Below are positions 25,799 to 33,912 of a stretch of 64,000 bases of DNA, one piece after another (positions within the stretch are counted from its first letter, which is position 1; each line of letters begins with the position of its first letter). Location of the stretch: NCBI GenBank assembly GCA_041178085.1, contig JBEGVZ010000085.1, positions 11,756-75,755 on the forward strand, given 5' to 3'. The stretch is from Pseudomonadota bacterium. GTDB lineage: Bacteria > Bdellovibrionota_B > Oligoflexia > Oligoflexales > RGVZ01. The notes beneath the pieces are model-generated. The model saw nothing but the letters and a program-made list of their open reading frames with translations. It had not been told where the DNA came from and did not search any database. The position numbers and the translations under genes are program-made.

Positions 25799-27466
25799 AT
25801 GCCAGCCAGTAAAAAAGTGAAAAAGCCAGCGACGAAAACGGCTCCTGCAAAAAAAGCGACGGTCAAGACAGCTGTCAAAACCACCGTCAAGACAGCGACC
25901 AAAACTGCTGTGCCGCCGCCAAAAAAAGCGCCACCCGTCGCAACAAAGAAACCACTCATGGCACCCGCCCGTCGTCCGGCACCGGTGGTCCAGGCTGTGC
26001 CAGCAAAAGTCGTGGCACCGCCAGCGGCCCTTCCCCAACTCACTCTGGAAAAGGTGTTTGAATGCCTTGATCCAGTGATCCGGGATAAGGGTGGTGTCGC
26101 CAAAGAAGACACGGAATTGAAGCACCTGTGCACCGACTCGCGTTTGTGCAAGAAAGGGGACGTGTTTGTTGCGCTCGGCGGGCAAAACGTTCACGGCTTT
26201 GACTTCATTCCCGCAGCAGTAAAAGGGGGCGCGGCGGTGGTGGTGTGCGACCGGCCGCGACCAGCCGACCTGCCAGCAGGTGTTCACTACATTGAAGTCG
26301 AAGATGCCCTTTTGGCCTTCCGCAAACTTGCGGGCAGGTGGCGTGCAGAATTCAACATCCCGGTGATCGCAGTCGCCGGAAGCGTCGGCAAGACCACGAC
26401 CAAGGACATGCTGGCAGCAATTCTAGCTGGCCACTTCAAGTCGACGCTGAAAACCGAGGGCAGCCAGAATGGCTTTACGGGCATCCCAGCCACGCTCGCC
26501 AGGCTGCGCAAAGAGAACAAGGCCGCCGTGATTGAAGTCGGAATCGATGATATTGGCGCAATGTCCCAGCACATCGACCTCGTGAAACCCGGCATGGCCG
26601 TTGTCACGTCCATCGGTCCGGAGCATCTTGAACGCCTGAAAAACATCGACACCGTTGCCGCCGAAGAGACTCTGGCGCTGAAGCGCACAGCCGTCGCCGG
26701 TGGAATCGCAATTATTAACCTCGACGATGAACATTGCCGCCCGTTTTTTGCTTCCTTGAAGCCTGAACACCGCGTTGGATTTTCTCTTTATCCCAAGCTC
26801 AAGCCGCGGCCGGATGTCCTGATAGGCCGTCTATCCCTCGATGGTGACGTGCTCGAAGTGTCGGGCGACATCCGTGGGATGCGCCTGGCCCGGGAAAAGT
26901 TCACCCTTCCCCTTCCTGGCAAGCACAACGCGGCGAACCTGCTGGCTGCGGTCACGGCAGCAGCCGTAGCCGGCGTGTCTCCAGACGAAATGCGCAAGGG
27001 CCTTGAAGGGTTCGTCCCGGGTTTTGGACGTTCCCGCATTGAGCAGCTCGCCAGTGGCGTGCTGGTCATTTGCGATTATTACAATGCAAGCCCATCCTCC
27101 GTCTCAGCGGCCCTGGACCTTCTGCGGGAGCGTTCGTCGGTTAAGGGGCGTCGGGGCAAAAAGTACGCTTGCCTTGGCGACATGCTTGAACTCGGTCGCG
27201 AGGAGGAAACGATGCACCGCCGCCTTGCCGACAAGCTGGCCGCCGCCGGTGTCGACAAGGTCCTTCTCTTTGGTGAGCGGATGAAGTGGTTGGCCGATGA
27301 GCTCAAGCGGCGCAAGTTTGAAAGCGACGTGGAGCACTTCGACTCGCACCTGACGATGTCTGATCACCTCAGGCAAAACCTGCGTCCAGATGATTATGTT
27401 TTAATCAAAGGATCGCGTGGGATGGCCATGGAGCGGGTCTGGGAAATCCTCAAAGAGACTGTCTGA
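25799..27466 (+). CDS. murF: UDP-N-acetylmuramoyl-tripeptide--D-alanyl-D-alanine ligase MurF with Lys/Ala/Pro-rich N-terminal extension
   Basis: Mur ligase core: CTDSRLCKKGDVFVAL, P-loop VAGSVGKTTTKDM, and C-terminal DYYNASPSS...GDMLELG. ATG 25799 follows a GGAGG RBS. The first ~85 residues are PASKKVKKPATKTAPAKKATVKTAVKTTVKTATKTAVPPPKKAPP... Confidence 0.9.
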   Translation: MPASKKVKKPATKTAPAKKATVKTAVKTTVKTATKTAVPPPKKAPPVATKKPLMAPARRPAPVVQAVPAKVVAPPAALPQLTLEKVFECLDPVIRDKGGVAKEDTELKHLCTDSRLCKKGDVFVALGGQNVHGFDFIPAAVKGGAAVVVCDRPRPADLPAGVHYIEVEDALLAFRKLAGRWRAEFNIPVIAVAGSVGKTTTKDMLAAILAGHFKSTLKTEGSQNGFTGIPATLARLRKENKAAVIEVGIDDIGAMSQHIDLVKPGMAVVTSIGPEHLERLKNIDTVAAEETLALKRTAVAGGIAIINLDDEHCRPFFASLKPEHRVGFSLYPKLKPRPDVLIGRLSLDGDVLEVSGDIRGMRLAREKFTLPLPGKHNAANLLAAVTAAAVAGVSPDEMRKGLEGFVPGFGRSRIEQLASGVLVICDYYNASPSSVSAALDLLRERSSVKGRRGKKYACLGDMLELGREEETMHRRLADKLAAAGVDKVLLFGERMKWLADELKRRKFESDVEHFDSHLTMSDHLRQNLRPDDYVLIKGSRGMAMERVWEILKETV

Positions 27467-27580
27467 CAAGGCTTTCAGGAAAAACCTGCACTTTAGGGTG
27501 ACATCCGGCGCCTGCTCCGATATCATTCTCCCAAGTAGCCGAAAAAGTTACATAACTTGACGCTTTTTTTGGGAAAGCTC

Positions 27581-28873
27581 ATGGCGCACTCCAGGTGGAT
27601 CCGCTTGGTTTGTCTGGCACAGGTCCTGGCTCTGGCACCGCTTGCTGGAGCGGCCAGCTATCAGGACGTTGACCATTCCTTCTCCTTCGAATTTTACGCC
27701 ACGGATGTTTTTCCGTGGATCGATGGGTCTCGCTCCGGTGCGGTCAAGGACACGCGCGGCGAGATGGCCAAAGCCCTTCAGTCGATGATCACTGGAACCC
27801 GCAGTCGCCTTGAAGTTGCCCTTTACGGAACCAAAAAGCAGGGATGGTTTATCGAATCCCTGCGCAAGCTGGCGAATCGACGGGAAAGCGTCCCGGTGGA
27901 AGTGGTTGTGGACCAGCGGGTGGGCGATGTCGGCGACTGGAACCCCGATAATTTTGATTACTCGGACACGGTTGAACTGGCAAAGACGCTTGGTGATGAG
28001 GCAGTAAGACCCGATGTCGATGCGTCGGGCGCGGTCAACGTCAATTCCATCATGCACAACAAGTTCGTGGTGGCCGATCGCAAGAAGGTTTGGCTCGGCA
28101 GTGCCAACGTCAGCCACACTGACATGGGCAGCGATTACAACGTGAACGTCGCCCTGCTCTTGAAAAACCCCGAAATCGCTCGTGTTTACTCGGACGAATT
28201 CCGCCAGATGTTCCATGACAGACGCTTCTCAACGGAAAAAATGGCTCGCGACGATCAAAGACCCTTCCGCTTCAAGGACGGCACCATCGCAGAGGTCTAT
28301 TTTTCTCCCCAGGACGACACGATGAACCGTGCAATCCTGGAGTTTATCCGCAGGTCCAGCAAGACTCTCGACATCGCCATGTTTTTCCTGACTGACATGA
28401 AGGCAGCCACCGCCCTCAAGGATGCCGTCAAGCGGGGCGTCAAGGTTCGTTTGATCTACGATGCCCTCGCCGGAGCCCATGCCGCTTCCAAGCACAGCTG
28501 GTTGCGTGACCAGGGGGTCGACGTGCGCGTGGAGAACTGGGGCGGCAAGATGCACATGAAGGCGGCAATTTCTGATGGTGCAGACGTGCTCCTTGGATCG
28601 GTCAATTGGTCCTCGGCAGGCGCCCTCAAAAATGACGAGAATACCCTGGTCGTCCGGCGCAACCAGAAACTGGCAGAACAGATGTCTGCCTATTACGAGA
28701 AGCTCTGGGCGACCCTTGAAGATGATTCTGGTGATGGCGACAGTGACCGCAGCGCACGGCGCGTACCAAGAAATCCCCGCGCCGAAGGCAAGGAGTCGAT
28801 CAATGCATGCCGCGATGGCATCGATAACGACCACGACGGTTTGGTTGACTCCGAAGATGACGGCTGCTCCTGA
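27581..28873 (+). CDS. Secreted phospholipase D-family (two HKD motifs) nuclease/phospholipase with C-terminal Cys/Asp-rich motif
   Basis: Signal peptide MAHSRWIRLVCLAQVLALAPLAGA. HKD motifs MHNKFVVAD...GSANVS and MHMKAAISD...GSVNWS. The C-terminal CRDGIDNDHDGLVDSEDDGC resembles a MopE-type metal-binding motif. Confidence 0.85.
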   Translation: MAHSRWIRLVCLAQVLALAPLAGAASYQDVDHSFSFEFYATDVFPWIDGSRSGAVKDTRGEMAKALQSMITGTRSRLEVALYGTKKQGWFIESLRKLANRRESVPVEVVVDQRVGDVGDWNPDNFDYSDTVELAKTLGDEAVRPDVDASGAVNVNSIMHNKFVVADRKKVWLGSANVSHTDMGSDYNVNVALLLKNPEIARVYSDEFRQMFHDRRFSTEKMARDDQRPFRFKDGTIAEVYFSPQDDTMNRAILEFIRRSSKTLDIAMFFLTDMKAATALKDAVKRGVKVRLIYDALAGAHAASKHSWLRDQGVDVRVENWGGKMHMKAAISDGADVLLGSVNWSSAGALKNDENTLVVRRNQKLAEQMSAYYEKLWATLEDDSGDGDSDRSARRVPRNPRAEGKESINACRDGIDNDHDGLVDSEDDGCS

Positions 28874-28906
28874 GGCCATAGTCCGTTTTTTTTCAAGGTT
28901 GTTTCA

Positions 28907-30025
28907 ATGACCAGGAAAACTCTCGTCCTTCTTTACGGCGGGCGCTCGACGGAGCATGACATTGCCCGAAAGAGCGCAGCATTTGTCTATAGGAACCTTG
29001 ATCGGGGTGCTTTTGACCTGCATCTGGTCGGGATCGACAAACGAGGAAACTGGCACCCTCAAAGCACGACAACCTGGGAGCTGGAACCGGAATCCCTTCC
29101 CATCGTCCCGGCAGTCCAAGGCAAATCCCTTACTGCAGGCGCTCACTTGCCAACAAACCCGCGCGAGGCTCTGGCGAGTCTTTGTGGCCTCACGGCGGCG
29201 CAGCTGGATCACTGTGTGTTTTTCCCGATGATCCATGGCAACTCAGGCGAAGATGGAACGCTCCAAGGGTTCTTTGAACTGGCAGGAGTTGCCTTTGTCG
29301 GCCCTGATACCCTCGGCTCGGCTGTTGGGATGGATAAAGTTGTGGCAAAACGCCTGGCCCACTCTGCAGGCATTCCGGTTGTTCCCTACATCGAAGTGAC
29401 CGAGGAGTCCTGGCAAGTCGAGGCCGATGCAACTTGTAAGCGGGCTCTCGACCTCCTTGGCCTGCCGATTTTCGTCAAGCCATCCCGGCTTGGCAGCTCC
29501 GTCGGTGTCGTCAAGGTCAAGGAGGCGGCTTCGTTGAAGGGAGCCATCGCAAGCGCACTTGAATACGACGACAAGGTCCTGGTGGAACAGGGCCTTGATG
29601 TGCGCGAGGTCGAATGTGCCATGCTTGGTCCTGTGACGCCAAAGCCATCGGTGATAGGCGAAGTGGTGCTGGAAGCTGATTTTTACTCTTTTGAAGAGAA
29701 ATATGCCCAGGCATCCCGCGCATCGACAAAGGTTCCGGCGGATTTACCGGACGACCTGGCAGCGGAGATCAAAACTCTCTCCGTCAGGCTTTTCCAGACA
29801 CTCGGTCTTTACGGGATGGCACGGGTTGACTGGTTTCTCGACCGGAAGTCGGGCCAGCTATACTTCAATGAGGTGAACACGATCCCGGGGTTCACCGAGC
29901 GCTCCCACTATCCCCTTTTCTGGCGGCATACTGGCAAGGATTCAAAGCAGCTTCTCGAGGATTTGATTGAACTTGCCCTGCACCGGTCGCGGGTCAAGTT
30001 TGCGCTCAAACGCGAGTTCACCTGA
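28907..30025 (+). CDS. ddl: D-alanine--D-alanine ligase
   Basis: LLYGGRSTEHDI, ATP-grasp FVKPSRLGSSVGV, and NEVNTIPGFTERSHYP. 372 aa (DdlA-size). Confidence 0.93.
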   Translation: MTRKTLVLLYGGRSTEHDIARKSAAFVYRNLDRGAFDLHLVGIDKRGNWHPQSTTTWELEPESLPIVPAVQGKSLTAGAHLPTNPREALASLCGLTAAQLDHCVFFPMIHGNSGEDGTLQGFFELAGVAFVGPDTLGSAVGMDKVVAKRLAHSAGIPVVPYIEVTEESWQVEADATCKRALDLLGLPIFVKPSRLGSSVGVVKVKEAASLKGAIASALEYDDKVLVEQGLDVREVECAMLGPVTPKPSVIGEVVLEADFYSFEEKYAQASRASTKVPADLPDDLAAEIKTLSVRLFQTLGLYGMARVDWFLDRKSGQLYFNEVNTIPGFTERSHYPLFWRHTGKDSKQLLEDLIELALHRSRVKFALKREFT

Positions 30026-30731
30026 ACAGTTCAGCAGGGGCTTCTTGCACCCACCCCGCCGTGAATACCTCGCTGAGGTCCTTGCAAACCATCTTTGCGC
30101 CAGCGGCGTAAAGCTCCCCGGCATCGTGTTGGGAGGCTATGCCAACCGGGCACATGCCGGCTTTTTTTGCCGCTGCCAATCCATGAATGCTGTCCTCGAA
30201 CACAATCACCTCGCGATGAACTGTGTGTGAAATCCCTAGCCGCATTGCGCACAAAAGAAAAACGTCCGGCGACGGTTTTGGATTGGCAACGTCTTCTACC
30301 GACACAACAAGTGGTGCCTGGATGCCGATCGCTTTTAACGTCTTGTCTATAAACGGGCGTGTGGCATTGCTGGCAATGCCCCAGGGTATCGATTGGCCAG
30401 ACAACTGCTGAAACAGGTCGATCGTGCCGGGGAGTGGTTTGACGGCCACTCCGCCCTCGTCCAGGATCCTTCGTTTGAGCGCGGCCAACTCGGGCGCGCG
30501 AGTCAGTTGACCGGCTTCCCCGGCCAGAATCATGGCAATCGTACTGGTCGAATGACCAACCAAACGCGAAGGGTCCTTGAGATCCATGCGGAACAGTTGG
30601 CGGGTTGCTACTGACCAGGCGTCAATATGGACCGAGAGGCTGTCCACCACGACACCGTCAAAGTCGAACAAGAACCCGGCAGCAGTGGTCACCTTGCAGC
30701 CCCCGACAAATATGCCCAAACCCTGTTTCAA
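30018..30731 (-). CDS. HAD-superfamily hydrolase (beta-phosphoglucomutase-like subfamily)
   Basis: Motif I FLFDFDGVVVDS, motif II GIASNA, and C-terminal VFEDSIHGLAAAKKAGM. The stop overlaps the ddl stop by 8 nt (convergent). Confidence 0.8.
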   Translation of the reverse strand: MKQGLGIFVGGCKVTTAAGFLFDFDGVVVDSLSVHIDAWSVATRQLFRMDLKDPSRLVGHSTSTIAMILAGEAGQLTRAPELAALKRRILDEGGVAVKPLPGTIDLFQQLSGQSIPWGIASNATRPFIDKTLKAIGIQAPLVVSVEDVANPKPSPDVFLLCAMRLGISHTVHREVIVFEDSIHGLAAAKKAGMCPVGIASQHDAGELYAAGAKMVCKDLSEVFTAGWVQEAPAELFR

Positions 30732-30782
30732 ACCTTAACGGCTATCGTGTATGCTGACAACTCCGGCTGGGAGAGCCCGAGC

Positions 30783-31379
30783 ATGGTAAGAAAATTATCA
30801 AAATCAGTCATTTGGTTGTTGGTCATGATCCTGGCGAACATTGTCCTCGACCAGGCCAGCAAGGTTCACGCTGAACGCAACCTCCGCGTCTGGGAGGACC
30901 CGCTTGACCTGACGGCATACCGTGGCCGGCGGGTTCCGCTGGCCACGATCGGCAACGAACAGGACCCGACGGGCAAGGCCAACTATGTTTCGTTTAACTT
31001 GAACTATGTACGCAACCAGGGGGCAGCCTGGGGGATGCTGGCCAATGCCAAGGAACAATTCCGCGTTCCCTTTTTTTACATCGTGACGTTGATTGCGATG
31101 GTAGCGATTGCCTTTTATTTCCGGGCGACTCCTCCACACCATAAGCTTGCCCGCTATGCTCTTGCCCTTGTTTTCAGCGGTGCGGTCGGCAATTTCATAG
31201 ATCGCGTTCGCCTTGGCTACGTGATTGACTGGATCGACGTGCACTGGAATTTCATCGGCTGGCAGTATTACTTCCCCAATTTCAATGTCGCGGACGCCGC
31301 TATCTCGGTGGGTGTAGCGTTGCTGCTCGTGGACACGATTTTGCTTGAGCGCCAGCGTCAGAAGCGGTCTGCAGCCTGA
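30783..31379 (+). CDS. lspA: Lipoprotein signal peptidase II
   Basis: ILDQASK, NQGAAWG, GNFIDRVRLGYVIDWI and FNVADAAISVG motifs. ATG 30783 follows a GGGAGAG RBS; the upstream part of track ORF 30627 overlaps the HAD gene. Confidence 0.9.
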   Translation: MVRKLSKSVIWLLVMILANIVLDQASKVHAERNLRVWEDPLDLTAYRGRRVPLATIGNEQDPTGKANYVSFNLNYVRNQGAAWGMLANAKEQFRVPFFYIVTLIAMVAIAFYFRATPPHHKLARYALALVFSGAVGNFIDRVRLGYVIDWIDVHWNFIGWQYYFPNFNVADAAISVGVALLLVDTILLERQRQKRSAA

Positions 31380-31406
31380 GCTTTTCACCGGGTTGAGCGC
31401 AGCCAA

Positions 31407-31442
31407 GTACATTCAGACGTACTCTCAAGAGTACATTCCAGG
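31407..31442 (+). repeat. Three tandem imperfect 12-bp units (GTACATTCAGAC / GTACTCTCAAGA / GTACATTCCAGG) 11 nt upstream of the Clp ATPase start
   Basis: Read directly from the sequence. AGTACATTC recurs exactly at 31406 and 31430 (24-bp spacing), with a GTAC-containing unit between. Confidence 0.6.
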
Positions 31443-31452
31443 GTAAGAGCAG

Positions 31453-33909
31453 ATGGCACAGAGTTTGTTGCGAAACTGCACCTCAAAAGTCGGCGAAGCC
31501 CTGCAAGCCGCCATCATGGAACTTGCCAACATGCAGAAGTCGGTTGTCACGGCCGAAGTGATGCTGTTGGCCCTGATGGATCAGAAGGATTCCATTGTCC
31601 TGAAGATATTCAATGAACTCCAGAAGGACGCTGGCGGACTGCGGCGTGAAATTGCCGATCGTGTCACTGCCCACATCCAAACCCTTCCCGACATCCAGGC
31701 CGGACGTACGAGTAGCATGCGGATATCTCAGGAGCTCAAGAACCTCTTTGACCTTGCCGATGCCCAGCGCAAGAAATTTGGTGATGACTACGTCTCGACA
31801 GGAACGCTTTTTGTTGCAGGTTTTGATCAGCAGGTTCCCGGTCTGCGTCAGCTTCTTCTCGACAGCGGCCTTGACTACGAGGGCTGCTTCAAGGCCCTCT
31901 CCGCCATCCGGGGCAACCTGAAGATTGACCAGAAGGACGACGAATCACGGCAGAGTCTTCTTGAACAATACACAACCGACGTGACGGCAATGGCCCGGCG
32001 GAATGCACTCGATCCCGTGGTCGGGCGCGAACCTGAGATTGAACGGGTGATCGAGATTCTCTCGCGACGGAAGAAAAGCAATCCGGTCTTGATTGGTGAG
32101 CCGGGCGTGGGCAAGACCGTGATTGTCGAGGGTCTGGCCCAGCGAATTGTCGACGCCAACGTACCCGAATACCTGCTCAACAAGCGGGTTCTTTCGCTTG
32201 AAATGGGGACATTGATTGCGGGCGCAAAGATGCAGGGGGAGTTTGAGGAACGACTCAAGACGATCGTCGATGAAGTCACGTCAACCGACGGTGAGATCAT
32301 CCTGTTTATTGACGAATTGCACACAGTCGTTGGTACAGGCCGCAGTGGCGGCGGGCTGGACGCATCCAACATGCTCAAGCCAGCCCTTGCAAAGGGCGTT
32401 CTACAGTGTATCGGTGCGACAACCCTTCGTGAGTACAAGCAGTTCATCGAATCGGACAAGGCGCTTGAACGCCGCTTCCAGCCCGTTCGTGTCGAGCAGC
32501 CGACCGTTGAGCAGACAATTTCGATCCTCAAGGGTCTTCGGCCAAGATACGAAGCGCACCATGAAATTGAATACACGGACGAGGCGTTGACGGCGGCGGC
32601 GGAACTTTCTGATCGTTATCTGACCGACCGTTTTTTGCCAGACAAGGCAATCGACCTGATTGACGAGGCCGGGGCAAAGAAGCGCCTAAAACTGATCCAC
32701 ACTCCCCAGGCCTTGCGCGCCCTTGAGACAAAAAGGCAGGAACTCCTTGGCAAGAAATCGGACGCCTTCAAGGCCCAGGACTTTGAACGCATGGCAGCCC
32801 ATCAGATGGAGCTCTCCAGGACGGAATCTTTGATCGCTACAGAGCGGGCAAAGGTGCAGTCGGCGCTTGGTGAAAAAGATCGTCGCGTTGATTCCCAGGA
32901 CATTGCGGCCGTGGTCCATCGACTGACTGGGATTCCAGTCGAGAAGATGATGTCGGTCGAGGCGGAGCGACTACGCAACCTCGAACAGAGGTTTCAGGCG
33001 CGCGTTGTCGGTCAGTCCCACGCAGTCGCTTCAGTCGCCAATGCGATTCGCCGTAACCGTGCGGGCCTTAGAAAACCCAATGCACCGATCGCCTCATTCC
33101 TTTTTCTTGGGCCGACCGGGGTTGGCAAAACAGAGCTGGCAAAAGCAATTGCAGCGGAATTGATGGACGATGAATCACGCATTATCCGGATCGACATGTC
33201 CGAATACATGGAAAAGCATACGGTGTCGCGCCTTGTCGGATCCCCGCCAGGATATGTTGGCTACGGCGAAGGTGGGCAGTTGACGGAGAAGGTCCGTCAG
33301 CATCCCTACTCTGTTGTCCTGTTCGATGAGTTTGAGAAAGCCCATCCAGACATCTACAACATCCTTCTCCAAGTACTTGACGAAGGCTGGTTGACTGACG
33401 CGGAGGGACAGCGGGTCAGTTTTCGCAACTGCGTCATCATCGGAACGTCAAACATCGGATCAGAGCACCTGACCCAGAAGCGCCGACCAGTTGGGATCGC
33501 AGCCCAGGCAGAACCAATCGACGCTGCGGCCGAGAAGGCCCTGGTCATGGGAGAAGTAAAAAACTTCTTACGCCCCGAATTTATTAACCGGTTGGATGAG
33601 ATCATCGTCTTCGGCCGCCTTGGGGCGGAAGAACTTGAACGCATTCTTGACATGCAGCTGGACGCACTGTCGAGCAGGCTTGGCAAGATTGGCTACTCGC
33701 TGGAACTTTCTGCGGCTGCGCGCAAGGGACTGCTTGAGGGGATCGATGCCAGCACCTACGGTGCACGCCCCTTGCGGCGTCGGTTGGAGCAGACGATCGA
33801 GAATCAGATGGCCAGCTTGCTTGTCTCCGAGAATCCGCCGCCTCAGGGAAAGATCAAAGTGGACTATCAGGGCGGCGTATTCCAACTCACCCCGCAGCTA
33901 CGGGCTTGA
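31453..33909 (+). CDS. Clp/Hsp100 AAA+ chaperone, ClpC/ClpA type (two AAA modules, short UVR-like middle region)
   Basis: Clp_N repeats. D1 has GEPGVGKT and ILFIDELH; D2 has [12 protein letters not shown] and [21 protein letters not shown] resembles a UVR motif. At 818 aa it is too short for the ClpB M-domain. Confidence 0.88.
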   Translation: MAQSLLRNCTSKVGEALQAAIMELANMQKSVVTAEVMLLALMDQKDSIVLKIFNELQKDAGGLRREIADRVTAHIQTLPDIQAGRTSSMRISQELKNLFDLADAQRKKFGDDYVSTGTLFVAGFDQQVPGLRQLLLDSGLDYEGCFKALSAIRGNLKIDQKDDESRQSLLEQYTTDVTAMARRNALDPVVGREPEIERVIEILSRRKKSNPVLIGEPGVGKTVIVEGLAQRIVDANVPEYLLNKRVLSLEMGTLIAGAKMQGEFEERLKTIVDEVTSTDGEIILFIDELHTVVGTGRSGGGLDASNMLKPALAKGVLQCIGATTLREYKQFIESDKALERRFQPVRVEQPTVEQTISILKGLRPRYEAHHEIEYTDEALTAAAELSDRYLTDRFLPDKAIDLIDEAGAKKRLKLIHTPQALRALETKRQELLGKKSDAFKAQDFERMAAHQMELSRTESLIATERAKVQSALGEKDRRVDSQDIAAVVHRLTGIPVEKMMSVEAERLRNLEQRFQARVVGQSHAVASVANAIRRNRAGLRKPNAPIASFLFLGPTGVGKTELAKAIAAELMDDESRIIRIDMSEYMEKHTVSRLVGSPPGYVGYGEGGQLTEKVRQHPYSVVLFDEFEKAHPDIYNILLQVLDEGWLTDAEGQRVSFRNCVIIGTSNIGSEHLTQKRRPVGIAAQAEPIDAAAEKALVMGEVKNFLRPEFINRLDEIIVFGRLGAEELERILDMQLDALSSRLGKIGYSLELSAAARKGLLEGIDASTYGARPLRRRLEQTIENQMASLLVSENPPPQGKIKVDYQGGVFQLTPQLRA

Positions 33910-33912
33910 GGA

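Noticed and set aside
30021-30033. Palindrome CTGAAC-A-GTTCAG at the ddl/HAD convergent junction as a Cheo-type (GAAC-N4-GTTC) LexA box.
   Set aside because: The spacing is wrong (N1 rather than N4). It lies across two stop codons between convergent genes, not in a promoter. It is more likely a small transcription-end hairpin.
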